A DNA stretch of 58,509 bases, the filler included, from Sphacelaria rigidula (lineage: Eukaryota): the NCBI GenBank assembly GCA_964200075.2. It is 10 parts of 10 records of this genome, joined end to end, with 100 filler letters (N's around TTAATTAATTAA, not from the genome) between each part and the next. Parts side by side here need not be neighbours in the genome. Positions count along the whole stretch, not along the records: positions 23,447 to 29,207 come from CAXNAA020024652.1; positions 29,308 to 35,068 come from CAXNAA020024653.1; 8 more parts are not named here. One strand, written 5' to 3'. The notes below the pieces were generated by a model. The model did no database searches, was not told where the DNA came from, and saw only the letters and a list, made by a program, of their open reading frames with translations. The position numbers and the translations under genes are program-made. Positions 23,510-35,068 of the stretch are shown piece by piece. Each line of letters starts with the position of its first letter. Positions within the stretch are counted from its first letter, which is position 1.

Positions 23510-24497
23510 GATGACTCAGATAGCATCTAGGCCATGGTGTGGTCAACGCGTTCAGTTCCATCATTCCCATTGGGGTGATGAGAGCTCGTGGCAATCTTGC
23601 GAATGCCCAGGAGCTTGTACAATTCATCCGAGAGGTCGGAGCAGAATTGAGGACCATTATCGGAGAGGAACCGTTTCGGGCAACCATAGTGCTTAATATA
23701 GTCGTGAACCAGGATGTCAGCTGTGCCTGAGGCTGTGAAGTCACCAGCAGAGACGGCGTACATGGACGCATGGCGACTGAAACGGTCGTTGGAGAGTAAA
23801 ATGTAGGTGTTATCACGATCAGTAGTCGGTAGGGGACCGAAGTAGTCGAACGACACGAGGTGACCAGGGGCGTTGGGAAGTTCCATAGGAATGACGAGCC
23901 AACGTATCGCCTGTCGTGAGGTTTTGCGGACTTGGCGCTTGAAGCATCGCCGAATCCAAAAACGGGTGGATGCTTCCATAACGATCCATCAGTAGAAGCG
24001 TTCAAGTAGCGCTGATGTACGCGTGACACCCAGGTGACAAGACAAGTCAGAGTGGTAGCCTTTCATGACCCACGGGCGCACCAGAAATGGAACATGTATG
24101 CGGGTGGGTTCGTCATCGAGTAGGCGTGCATAGCGTCCGGTGATCGTGGATGAAATCGTACCCGACTGACGCGTAGGGCGACGGACAAGCAATTGAATAT
24201 CATTATCTGTGATGAATATGATACCCTTACGTGCGAGTTCATGCACCTCGGAGACGTTACGTGGCGGCAGTGTACCAACCGGCGCCAAAATATCGGCCGG
24301 AATAAGGACAGGTTAGTTCAACTATAAGTACCGCATTGTTGCTAACGATTCCTCTTATTATTCACAAGCCCAATCACGATAAGAGTACCTGGCGAGGAAC
24401 TCGCGCAGTTAACCTTCCGCTGGAGAGCCGGCCAGGCATGAGGGCTCAGGAAGTGGCAGAACAGGCGATGGGGCAGGGGTGCCGACGTCAATATTCC
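23510..24497 (-). pseudogene. Gypsy integrase fragment, same family as the contig-6 element
   Basis: YHSDLSCHLG, VSFDYFGP, FLSDNGPQF, NGNDGTERVDHTMA; aligns with 31555-32475. Confidence 0.92.
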
Positions 24498-24499
24498 AC

Positions 24500-25545
24500 A
24501 CCCTGGACAATACAATATGTAATATATACATTGTCCGCTCAATATGTCGACGCGTCGGGATGTCAATACATATTGGGCGAGCAATATGATGACACGAGAG
24601 ACATGTCAATATATCTTGTGCCATCAATATGTCAGGGTTCGCAACGTGCAATATATGTCGATCGAACAATATATCACGACACGCGCCACCTTAATATATC
24701 TTGGCCGAGTAATATGTTGGTGCGGTAAGGCACCAAGTTATATTTCTATATATATATATATATATTTGTCGAGTCATATATTGGCTGCCACACGAGGTCA
24801 ATATATATTGACGATTCAATATACTCAACATCCGAAGCGACAGTGTATATTGCCGCCCCGATATGTATGTCGTGCGTCAATGCATCCAATGTACATCTGG
24901 CGGACAATGCACGAGGGAACCGACGGTCACAATGCACATTGGTGTAGCAATTATATCGATAATTAAACATGTGGATTGAAAAGGTTATTGCAATTAGTAT
25001 GGTGGGCAGTTTTATGTTCGCGGGCGCCGATGAAAGATGTATCACCAGCACATGCCGAAAATGCTCAATACATTCCTCCGCGAGCGTGTTATATATTGGA
25101 CACTTTCTACGATAGCCCCCCCAAAACCAGCCCAAAAGTGTCACGAAAACAATGGCCATACAGCGCCTGATGTTTGGGTTCAGCCTGCATGAAGCGCCTC
25201 ATATTTGCAACATTGGCGGGGACGAATCCAAGCGTGGGAATTCCCAGCTGCTCGTTGTGCTCGGCTTTTCCCGTTTCGACTTACGTGAAGATTTTGCCTC
25301 CCAAAACCATGCACGTTTTGGGAGGGGGGGCTATCGTAGAAAGTGTCATTGTCTGCACAACACCATGCGATGAACATGCGCAATATATATTGGAAAGAAG
25401 ATACTTTTTCATGGTTGGTGTTCAATACATGTTATGGAAACAATATTTTACGCATCGCTTTGACTCTGTATGTATATTGACACTTCAATACATACACGGC
25501 CGGCAGGCACAATCTACTATTGAAACATATTGTATTGTCCAGGGT
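24500..25545. mobile_element. TIR element whose body is a ~42-bp periodic repeat/spacer array
   Basis: Perfect 20-bp TIR ACCCTGGACAATACAATATG (24500-24519 / 25526-25545); CAATATATATTG-N6-CAATAT motif recurring every 42-43 bp. Confidence 0.85.
25099..25347. mobile_element. MITE family E nested in the array (24-bp TIR GACACTTTCTACGATAGCCCCCCC, 4-bp TSD ATTG)
   Basis: Perfect TIRs; ATTG on both sides (25095-25098, 25348-25351); the same terminus occurs at ~46960-46984. Confidence 0.9.
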
Positions 25546-26382
25546 ATAAGTAACACAGCATCAGTGATCACAGGGGTATCAAAAGGCGCATATCGACCCC
25601 CGTTTTCTGTCGTCGTGATGTTTAGCCAAGATGTATTACATACTGTGAAGGGGATGGATGGCCCCGCGCCGGTGGCCAGATAGGTATCAAAAGGCATTTG
25701 TACCGGGTCGCCTCTCCTGTCACCATATGTTTTGGCCAATATATATATATATATATATACAAGGGGCTCGGCGGCTTCCGCCGCCACGCTCAATGAGATC
25801 GATAGTCAAGGTACATGAGGACTGGTCATCGTTGCTCGCATTAGGTGACGGAACAGATCATGGCTTCAAGTGCAGTTTATTGCGCTGTGTGCATATTATG
25901 GAGACCCGTGTCCCGGGGGCAGGGTATGAAGAAGAGGCTTAATGATGTTTTGACGATTGTACCGATACGGTAGAACGGGCAAAATACTACCTCCACCGTC
26001 GAAGAACAGATACGAAGACACTCATTTACGTTTTCCACCCACAGCAACGAATAGGAACCCGATACCCGGGGACACAAAGACTTGCGACGGACACACACGA
26101 TTGTTCGCAACCATGAGTCCAGTACTATTGCACCGCAGAAACGCCCATCGTACGGAACAGGGTCCAGAAACAGCAACTGAAAAGGCATAAAATATTCATT
26201 CCCCCTCCTTCGTGGGCAACAGCGAAGCAGCAATACCCGCAATGTAATGGACATATAAGAGAAACGGAAGAAATAAGACAACAATCGACTGACAGTACCG
26301 ACCGATATCCCCCAAAACACGGTAAACGACGACCGCGGATTCAAAATGACAGGCTATCCCGTCGTGCGAAAGTCGTCCATAA

Positions 26383-26859
26383 GGCCGGATGTTATGGCAC
26401 TCAGACTTTTGACCAACGGATTGTTCACTTTTATGACGTTTGAGCCACTTTTTTGACCCCCAAACAGGGAACATCGCCAACACACGTCTTGGACACTTTG
26501 CATCACCCTACAGAGAGAAGCCTAGTTCACTTTTCAGATTCGCTTGGCTCCAAGATTTCGAGAGCGGCCGCTGAACAAAATCCGTGTGCAATAAAATCTA
26601 CGGCGATCTCCACAGAATATTAGGCAAACTGGCGGGGGTCGGTAAGCACGGATTTCCGCTCACGAATGTTTGTTCAGCGGCCGCTCTCGAAATCCGTGTG
26701 CGAATCTGAAAAATGGGCTAGGCTCCTCTCTCTGAGGTGATGAAAATTGTCGAAGACGTGTGTTGGCGATTTTCCCCGTTTGGGGGTCAAAAGGGGGGTC
26801 AAATGTCCCTAAGGTGAACAGTCCGTGGGCCAAAATTCTGTTTGCCATAACATCCGGCC
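26383..26859. mobile_element. PIF/Harbinger (Tourist-like) foldback MITE, TSD TAA
   Basis: TAA|GGCCGGATGTTATGGCA...TGCCATAACATCCGGCC|TAA; ~200-bp imperfect arms around an ~85-bp spacer. Confidence 0.88.
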
Positions 26860-27420
26860 TAAACAGCAAAAAACATTCGACCAACAGTAGCGACCGATAT
26901 CTCTCGAAACACGGACAACGCCGGATTCAACATCACAGACATGACTCATTGTACGAAACAGGCTCCAGAAATAGCAGGACAGTTGAGCACACGACAATCG
27001 CAACGTGGCGTTTCTCCGGCTTCGCCGCCACGATCGGTGGATCGACAGCCAAGGTACATGAGCAACGGTGATAGCTGTGTGCGTTGTGTAAGCTCATGGA
27101 CTGAGCACGGTAGCAAACCTGGATCATAGACACTTTTATTGAGTGAAATTGATGCCACTTCAACAGATTGCCTAATTTTCGCTGTCAAATGGTTGATGGA
27201 AAGCGGCGGGAAAAAATTGTCGTGTCTTCTGACTGTTTCATGAGCATGATGCCGGTTCGATTCTAAAAAAATCTTCTTGTTTGTTTCATTTTCAGCCCGA
27301 AGAGCAGCATGGATGATGAGCATGTACGAAGGCTCAAAACAACGCATCACAATCAAAAGTGAACCTGAGGAACTGACCGACCCCGCAAACCAAGAACCCA
27401 TATAGTGGCAACGAATTTGA

Positions 27421-27525
27421 CCATTTGACCGCCATGATAGGTCATCTGTTGTTAAATCGGCATCAGTTACTTGGACTTCACAAACTACAGCGTGGTCGAG
27501 ATGACCTACCCTACCGGTCAAAGGA
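27421..27525. mobile_element. ~105-bp piggyBac-like MITE, related to 49127-49224
   Basis: Imperfect TIR ..TTTGACCG......TAGGTCATCT; flanks TTGA / TTAA; internal TCATCTGTTG...GGCATCA shared with the 49127 copy. Confidence 0.6.
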
Positions 27526-27529
27526 TTAA

Positions 27530-27785
27530 CCCTTTTGTGACGGGATCCCCAGAAACATGTGATATTCACGTAGGGGTCTGTGACGGTTTAAGAGACTACC
27601 AACTAGACTACTGACAAGTCAGCGCTGACTTGTCAGTAGTCTAGTTGGTTGTCTCTTAAACCGTCACAGGTCTTTGTGTGTGAATTGACATAATTTTTCA
27701 TCGTTTCCAACTAGAAATATTAGCGATTCATGGAAATGCCCCTACGTGCAAACCACATGTTTCTAGGATTCCGGTCCCAAAAGGG
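27530..27785. mobile_element. piggyBac-like MITE (TTAA|CCCTTTT...AAAAGGG|TTTA), ~47-bp imperfect TIRs
   Basis: CCCTTTTGTGACGGGATCCCCAGAAACATGTG...CACGTAGGGG is mirrored at 27738-27785. Confidence 0.75.
27578..27669. repeat. 92-bp loop-less palindrome (one mismatch)
   Basis: CTGTGACGGTTTAAGAGACTACCAACTAGACTACTGACAAGTCAGC followed immediately by its reverse complement. Confidence 0.95.
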
Positions 27786-27995
27786 TTTAAACAGTACAAA
27801 TGAAGTGAAGTTGAGACTATGATGCGATATCCATGCTGATACAGTAGTTGTGTGCCTTACGTGTAACACAGAAGGGAGATCAACACAGGGAATTCTGTGG
27901 TGGTCGCCTTACTTTTTCATCGCGAGAGGGGTTCAGCGGTCCCTTTCGCTCGTCGACCGTGAAACCGAATTCTGTCTACTCACGACAAACTGTAA

Positions 27996-28175
27996 ACAAG
28001 GTTTTCGTGAGATTGAGAAAAGAAGATACGATTGAGAGTGGAGAGCGGTCAATTCGTCAATGAGTCGTTTCAGTTCCGGGATGCCCCTCCACGAGACTCA
28101 AGATACTCTCTGTGCTGTAGGAGCTTGCCACTGAGACCCTTGATACCCCTGAGCAAGATATCGACGTGTAGCTGT
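27996..28175. mobile_element. MITE family B, left-half fragment
   Basis: ACAAGGTTTTCGTGAGATTGAGA...CCCTTGATACCCCTGAGCAAGATATCGACGTGTAGCTGT. Confidence 0.82.
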
Positions 28176-28439
28176 TTGGGGGTTACCAACTGAGACACCA
28201 GAGCGACCGTCTACCGACTAAAATATGAAAAATAGAAGCCGGCACCTCATGACGAAAAAACGCATGTATGGCAGAGCAAACGCAGCAGCATAGACAGGAA
28301 AAGGGAACGACATGCGGGCAAAATCACAACATGCTTCCGGTGCACGCCGAGGTTGGACGGAGAGTCGTTCCGCGATTCAATTTTCAAGTGACCTGTATAC
28401 GGTAAGAGATGGCATCTCCGACGGTCAAAAGGTCACAAA

Positions 28440-28881
28440 GAGACCCCGTTTCACCGTATCCTAAAAGCAAGTGAAAAAGTGCACCTGTCTCAGAGCCTCT
28501 TTGGGAACGATTCTGACAGTCCTGTGTGCGGTGTGACATGGGCGCACGAAGGGTCTACCGCCATGGCGAGGAAAGAAGGCGGAAAATACCATGCAGAGCA
28601 CTGCCGTGGGAGCGATGCTCCCGAAACCTCCTGAAGGGGAATCATGCAATGCTGCTTTCTCGGAGCTTGAGAGAACGAAATGACCCCGTTCGCTGTACTC
28701 TAAAATCAAGTGAGAGAAAATGCTGGCCTCTCTGAGCTTCTGAGAACGACCGAATGACACCGTGTCGCCGTAATCTAAAATCAAATGTGAGCAAATGCTG
28801 GCCTCTCAGAGCTTGTGGGAAAGCCGTTCAGCCGTACTCTAAAACCAAGTGAAATAAAGTGCACCTGCATCCAAGGCTCTT
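28440..28881. repeat. Degenerate sub-repeat cluster (~60-75-bp units)
   Basis: Variants of CGTACTCTAAAATCAAGTGA...TGCTGGCCTCTCAGAGC at ~28455, 28693, 28768 and 28832. Confidence 0.65.
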
Positions 28882-29382
28882 CAACGGCGGAAAAGATAAA
28901 TGAAGTAATTGCTACAAGGTTTTTGGCGCTTCGCGCCCCCACTCAATCGAGCGTTTCCCAAGGCAAAGGGTAATGAGGAGTGTTGCAACCGGCATCGGCC
29001 GTTGCCCGCATGAGGAAGTGTGACATGATGTGACTGCAGGACGTAGCCATGATCGTGGGTAAAAGTGACACTGAATAATGGGACATTTTCATGCTCAATT
29101 AGCGGAGCATTCGCTGCCCCTTGAGGTTGACGTTCTACGGAGAGCATGTATTTGAATTCGAAAAAAGGTAGTGACCCAACCATGGCATGAAGTGACGAGC
29201 ACGCATTNNNNNNNNNNNNNNNNNNNNNNNNNNNNNNNNNNNNNNNNNNNNTTAATTAATTAANNNNNNNNNNNNNNNNNNNNNNNNNNNNNNNNNNNNN
29301 NNNNNNNGTAAGTGTGGAAAGATGGCTGACACACTTATGAGCCTCTTTTTTCGTGCAACCAAATACCCCCCCCCCTATCGTA

Positions 29383-32300
29383 GGTGTGCTCTAGTCAAGC
29401 TTGATCAGACCCGCAACTATAGAATCCCAGATTCGATCATAGACGCCTCATAGCTTCATGACACTCGCCCATCCAGAGGAACCTCCATTACAGTTGCGAT
29501 GAGAAATCTCGAAACGCAACGGAAATGGAGGTTTTTCTCCACGTCAAGTCATGAGCAACAAGGCAGGCGAATTCAATGCTATAAAAACACTCGGCCATAG
29601 TGGCTAAAAAAAGTAAGATATACCCCACACGACGAGGGCAACATCCTCTCCGTTGCCCGATCCTCCCACACCTCAAACAAGGTAAGCAGAATCTGCTACC
29701 GAAAAGCGCAAATGCACTTGAAGACGCAGGAGCACACAGTGGTGCTGCGGGCTAGCGAACTCAACAGAAGAACATAAAAATGCTTCGGCGTGCTGGCCAG
29801 AAGAAAAAGGCAAAAGGGAAATCATACCAGGGGTACGACGTCTACGTGGGTACCAAAGTCAACCGCCAAAGGGTGCATCTCATGCGGCGAGCACGTGGCG
29901 GCTGAGGAAGGCAAGGGAATCAGCAACTCCAAGACTGCAAGCGGTCCAGCGTCAGTCATACAAATCAACAGCCAAAATGCGAAAAGCTCCAGTAGCCGAG
30001 GATGGAGGTGCGCCAGGCAAGGTCCAGTCGTGGTCAGACGTTGGGCAAGCTCCGGTTGCAAGGTGTTGAAGGAGTTGGCGGGCAGCCTGGTGTGTCCTGA
30101 GTGGTTGGAGGAGGGGAAAAATATATACGTACATATATCTAAAAGACAGCGACAGAGGGTAAGAAGAAAAGAAAATGGAAAAGAAAACGTCGAGGAGGTG
30201 GAGGGAAGAAGGCTGTGTAAGTTCAAAGCGGTACGTTGACATCTTGTGTGCGATCGATGTTATGTTAAATTCCACGACGAAGGCCTTCGGCCCTGTGTCG
30301 CTCAAGACACCAAGATCCTCGTGGTACGGATGGAGCGGTGGTATAGAGCTCTGGACGGAGCTTGAGCTGCACGGGTCTGGGGTCATCGATGAAGCGCACG
30401 GTGTATGTGTCAGGCGCGATGAGGTTTGTGGAGTGGGTCTGGCCTAGCCACCAGAGGCTGTCGCTTTCTTTGTACCACAAGTAGGCGCCTTTGGGGAGGA
30501 CTTCCTGTTTCGCGCGAATCTTGTCTTCCCAATGCTTAGTGGCTACTAACTCATAGCCGTCAGCGACAAAGCGTAAACCTTTGTCACGATGAAGTTTGCG
30601 TGCTGCTGCGCCGCGGCGCATGTTGCGATATTTCTTGTTGTCAGCAAGATGTTGCTGCTGAGGTTGTGTCCAGTACAGGAGAATAGCTGGGCGGTGCAAC
30701 TGAAGGTCGGATCCGCGTTCCCAAGACGCTCTCCGAAGGCATTGTCAGTGAGTTTTGTACATTACAGCAATCTTGCCGCCTCGACCGCGAGTGATCTGGT
30801 GACCAGAAATGTGGGACACGGCAAGACGAAGGGGCTGTTCCGTCACATCGTCGGTAGCGACGTGATAAGGCGGTGATTTGGTCGAATAGCTGTTGAGTAC
30901 GTACTGCGTAAGACCGGCAAGCAGATATTTGGGTATGTCTCGAGTATCATGCGGATTGATGCAATGTTTGCAACGGTGCACAGAGACGCGAGATTTGGCG
31001 TCATGTCCTTGAAGATTGCGAGGAAGATCAAGTTAAAGGAGTTTGTCACCGACAGGTTTGCCATCGAGTGAAGATGGCGAAGGCCCTACGGTCAGAATCT
31101 TGAATGGTCCTGTCCAGTTGAGGGATAGCTTAGTCTTCGAGACTGTCTCGTTGGCAGCTCTGTCAGCGCCTTGACGAATGGTTGACAAACTGTTGCAAAC
31201 CCAGACCCAATCGCCAACCTTCCAAGTAGGTCGTTTGTGCATCAGATTGTAGAGAGCATTATCAGATCTCTCAAGGCGCGAGGCGTTGATATCGTGTTGT
31301 TCACGCACGAGAGTGAAAGCTTTGCGCTGGCGTGCACGCGCCAGATCATGGTAGGATATCTGATCCTGATCCAAGCCTTGGTGACCATCGAAGGTGTGTT
31401 TCTCAAACACGGTGATGGGCAAACGCGGGTAGCGGCCGAGATGTAACTCGTTCGGAGAAAGACCGGTAGCAGCGTTGACGGAGTTGTTATAAGACAACAT
31501 GACATGTGAGAGATGGAGATCCCAGTCGTTTTGTCGATCGTTGACTGCCATAGACAGCATCTGGGCCATGGTGTGGTTAACTCATTCAGTACCACCGTTA
31601 CCATTAGGATGGTGAGCGCTTGTGGCTATCTTTCGAATACCCAGGAGCGTATACAGTTCGTCCGAGAGATCGAAGCAAAATTGCTGACCATTGTCGGAGA
31701 GAAGCCGTTTCGGGCAACCATAGTGCTTGATATAGTCATGAACTAAGATATGAGCTGTGCCCGCCGCTGTGAAGTCTCCAGCGGTGACTGCGTACATGGC
31801 TGCGTGACGGCTGAAGCGGTCGGTAAAGAGTAAGATGTAGGTGTTGCCACGGTCAGTGGGCGGTAAAGGAAAATAGTCGAAAGACACGAGGTGACCAGGA
31901 GCGTTGGGAAGTGCCATCGAAATAATTGGCCAACGTATAGTCTGTCGTGAGGTTTTGCGAGCTTGATACTTGAAGCAGCGCCGAATCCAGAAGCGGGTGG
32001 ACACTTCGATACCTATCCATCAGAAGAAACGTTCGAGTAACGCTAATGTGCGCGTGACACAAAGGTGGCAAGACATGTCAGTGTGGCAGTCTTTCATTAC
32101 CCACGGTCGCATCAAAGATGGGACATATATCCGAGTGGGTTCATCGTCGAGTAGGCGTGCATGGCGTCCAGTGGGCGCGGGTGAAGTTACAACCTGCTAG
32201 GGTGTAGGGCGGCGGACAAGCAATTCGATTCCGTCATCAGTTGTGAAGATAGTGCCTTTACGTGCGAGTTTGTACACCTCAGCAGCGTGTGGTGGTGGCG

Positions 32301-35068
32301 GCGTGCCAATCGGAGCCAATAAAAAAAAAATGATTCTGCTTGTTGTTCACGAGCCCAATCACGATGGGAGTAACTGGCGAGAAATTTGCGCAGTTGGCCT
32401 TCCACCGGAGAGCCGACCAGACATGGTGGCTCAGGAAGCGGTGGAACAGGCGACGGGGGGGAGATGCCAACGTCAATGTGAACATCGGAAGCATCAGAAG
32501 GGGTGGGCACTGACGGGACCGCGGCGGGTGGCGATGTCGTAGTAGTGCGCACCGGGTATTGCGCTCGGCGCTTGTTGTGAGAAATGCGCGTGGCGGGGGT
32601 TGTCAAGGCTCGTGGTACGGTGTTGCGGGGAGCCGGTGCTACGTTGCTCGCAGGAGCAGTAGGTGTTGTCGGTGGCGGCGGGGCGCGGAGAGAGTTAGCG
32701 CGGGCGGCAGGCCGAGAGCGTGTGTTATCGGACTTGAGATGGAGAACTGGAGGGGGCGAAACTGCAATTTTGGCGCGAGGATCGATTGTACGGAAATCTG
32801 CGAAATCGGCGTCGGTGGGTTGTAGCCCACTCAGGACTGCATCATACGGTAGGGGGCGGGGGCCGCCCATGTGCATACCCGTCTCTGGGCAATGACGGTC
32901 AAGGGCGTAACTGGGCGTTGAGAAACGCCGGGTAGGATACACGCCGGGTTCATCTGGTTCAGTTAGTCGGCAAACGGGGTTCAAACCCACAGCCGTTGGA
33001 GGGAGGAGCAAGCGGGAGAGAAGGTCAGCATTTCCGTTGGTTTTGCCAGGGCGGTGTTTGACAGTATACTGATAAGCTGTCAGGAACTCCAACCAGCGTT
33101 GCACACGCGGGTTATGTTCGCCAACTTTGGCGAGTTGTTCAAGTGCTCCGTGATCCGTGTAGATTTGGAAAGGCACATGGAACAAATATTGTCGAAGGCG
33201 TTTTATGGCTCAAGTGATGACTCCGCCTTCCAACTGCAGTGGACTCCAGTTGGCCTCGTTTGGAAGGGTGGCACGACTGATATAAAGGATGGATCGAATA
33301 GAGCCATCGAGTTGAGGCTGATTCAGGACCGCGCCGAGCCCGTCTGTGCTCGCGTCTGTATGTAGTTCTGTATGTAGTTGAAAGAGGCGAGAGCCGTCTT
33401 GTACAGCATCCCAGTCCGCGAAACAAGCGACCGGTTTTTCGGTGAGCGTTTTCAGCAAGTCGCGCACGATAGCTTCCATATCTTTAGTGAAGACAAACGC
33501 CGCACCTTTTTTTAGCAAGTCCGTAATCGGGCGAATCCTTTTGGGCAGATTAGGCAAAAATTTGCGATAGTAGGACAGTCCACCTAATAATGAGCGGAGC
33601 TGAGTAATGTTTGTGGGCATTGGCAATTCAGTCATTGCCCTGACTTTGTTGGTTTCGGGGTGTAGACCCGCCGGTGAAATTGAGTGTCCCAGAAAATCCA
33701 GTTCAGTCGCGCCAAGGCGAGCTTTGGATGAAGACAGTTTCAAATCATGTTTTCGCAGTCGAGAGAGAAACTCTCGTAGGGTGTGTACATGCGCAAGGGG
33801 GGAGGCATCGAATGCGATAGCATCGTCCAAATACATGATGACGTGTTCGATATTCTCGGTAACGTGTTGCATTAAGCGTTGAAAACAACCTGGTGCAGTG
33901 GCGGCACCTTGTGGCATACGGAGCCATTCGTAGAGTCCAGAAGATGTGCAGAACGCTGTCAGCGGGACTGTGTCAGGGTGGATGGCATTCTGGAAAAATC
34001 CACAAGCAAGATCGAAGGTACTGAATATTTTGCTCTCGCCTAGAGAGTCGAAGACTTCATCTATGCGGGGAATGGGAAGTTTTCTCAGTACAGTAACGCG
34101 ATTTAACCGTTGATAACTCACGGTGATGCGTATGTTTCCATCCTTTTGGGGGACTACCACTAGCGGCGAACCCCACGGAGAAGAGGAGTGCTGGACTAAA
34201 CCGGCACCTAAGTACGCATCTAAAATGGCGTTGACTTCCTTGGTAAGGATGGGGTTCGTCCGATACGGTCGAGAGGAGACTGGCGAGACGCCAGGTTGAA
34301 GGGTGATTTCAAAGGGCAGCGTTCTGCAATGCCCCAGATCCGTTTTGGATCGAGAAAATCTGTCTTGGTACGCCAATAAAACATCGCTCAATTCTTTGAT
34401 TACAGCGGGTTCTCAACCAGGTCCATGTAGGTCAAAACTGATGTCACGTAAATGGGGTGGAAGTTGATCCCACATGTGCAAGAAACTTGTCCGAGACTCT
34501 GGTGATAGACGTTGCAGCACCTCAGCAGGAGGTTCGGACGTTGACGGTGCAGGGTCCACGGTGTGAATACGTGATGGAGACGAAGAGGTGACGTCGAAGC
34601 AAGGCTCATCGACGGAATTGACAGAGCCGTCGGTTGGAGGCGCTGGGTTGGGCGCAGAGGGTTCAGTGGCATATGTCTCAAGTGGAATGTGCATGAGGGA
34701 AGCAGCAGCAATACCCAAAACATCTCCGGGTTCCAAGTTAGCGTGACCCGTGAGTGGCAAAAGTTGTTTCCCTGCGGAGACGAAGTGTTCTGTGCCGGCA
34801 GGCGCACCAACCCGAGGAAGCATTTCGACGAGGAAATGTCCCGTAAGGGCAGGCATGCCATTTCGGCGAAGTAAGGCAACTTCTAACAGTTGAGGATTAT
34901 CGGAGAGGGTAACACCAGTAGTACCATCGTATCGAAGGTGGTATGCAGCTCCGGTAGCTTGTTCATTTTTTTGGTAGGCCAAGGCGCCGTGAAGAGTACT
35001 GAAATGTTCAAGGTTGAGTTCTCCACGAGGCGCAGACTGTGGCGATAATGCTGGTAGCGTGCGGTAGG
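29383..35068 (-). mobile_element. Ty3/Gypsy LTR retrotransposon: pol, 3' region and start of the 3' LTR
   Basis: Domain order RT-RNaseH-integrase; TGTCATGA after a purine-rich tract at ~29463; cut by a family-D terminus. Confidence 0.95.
30230..35068 (-). pseudogene. Gypsy pol: RT (YLDD), RNase H (LHTDAS), integrase, chromodomain, PWWP/Tudor-like module; several stops and frameshifts
   Basis: SPWGSPLVVV, PIPRIDE, FDLACGFFQ, LYEWLRMPQG, MYLDD, FLGH; TDASTDGLGAVL; VSFDYF, LLSDNG; GAYLWYKESDSLWWLG. Confidence 0.95.

Noticed and set aside
24522..25525. Bona fide CRISPR array
   Set aside because: Repeats are bipartite and degenerate, spacers are only ~18 nt, there are no cas genes, the context is eukaryotic and the array is enclosed by TIRs. 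Reported as an unexplained array instead.
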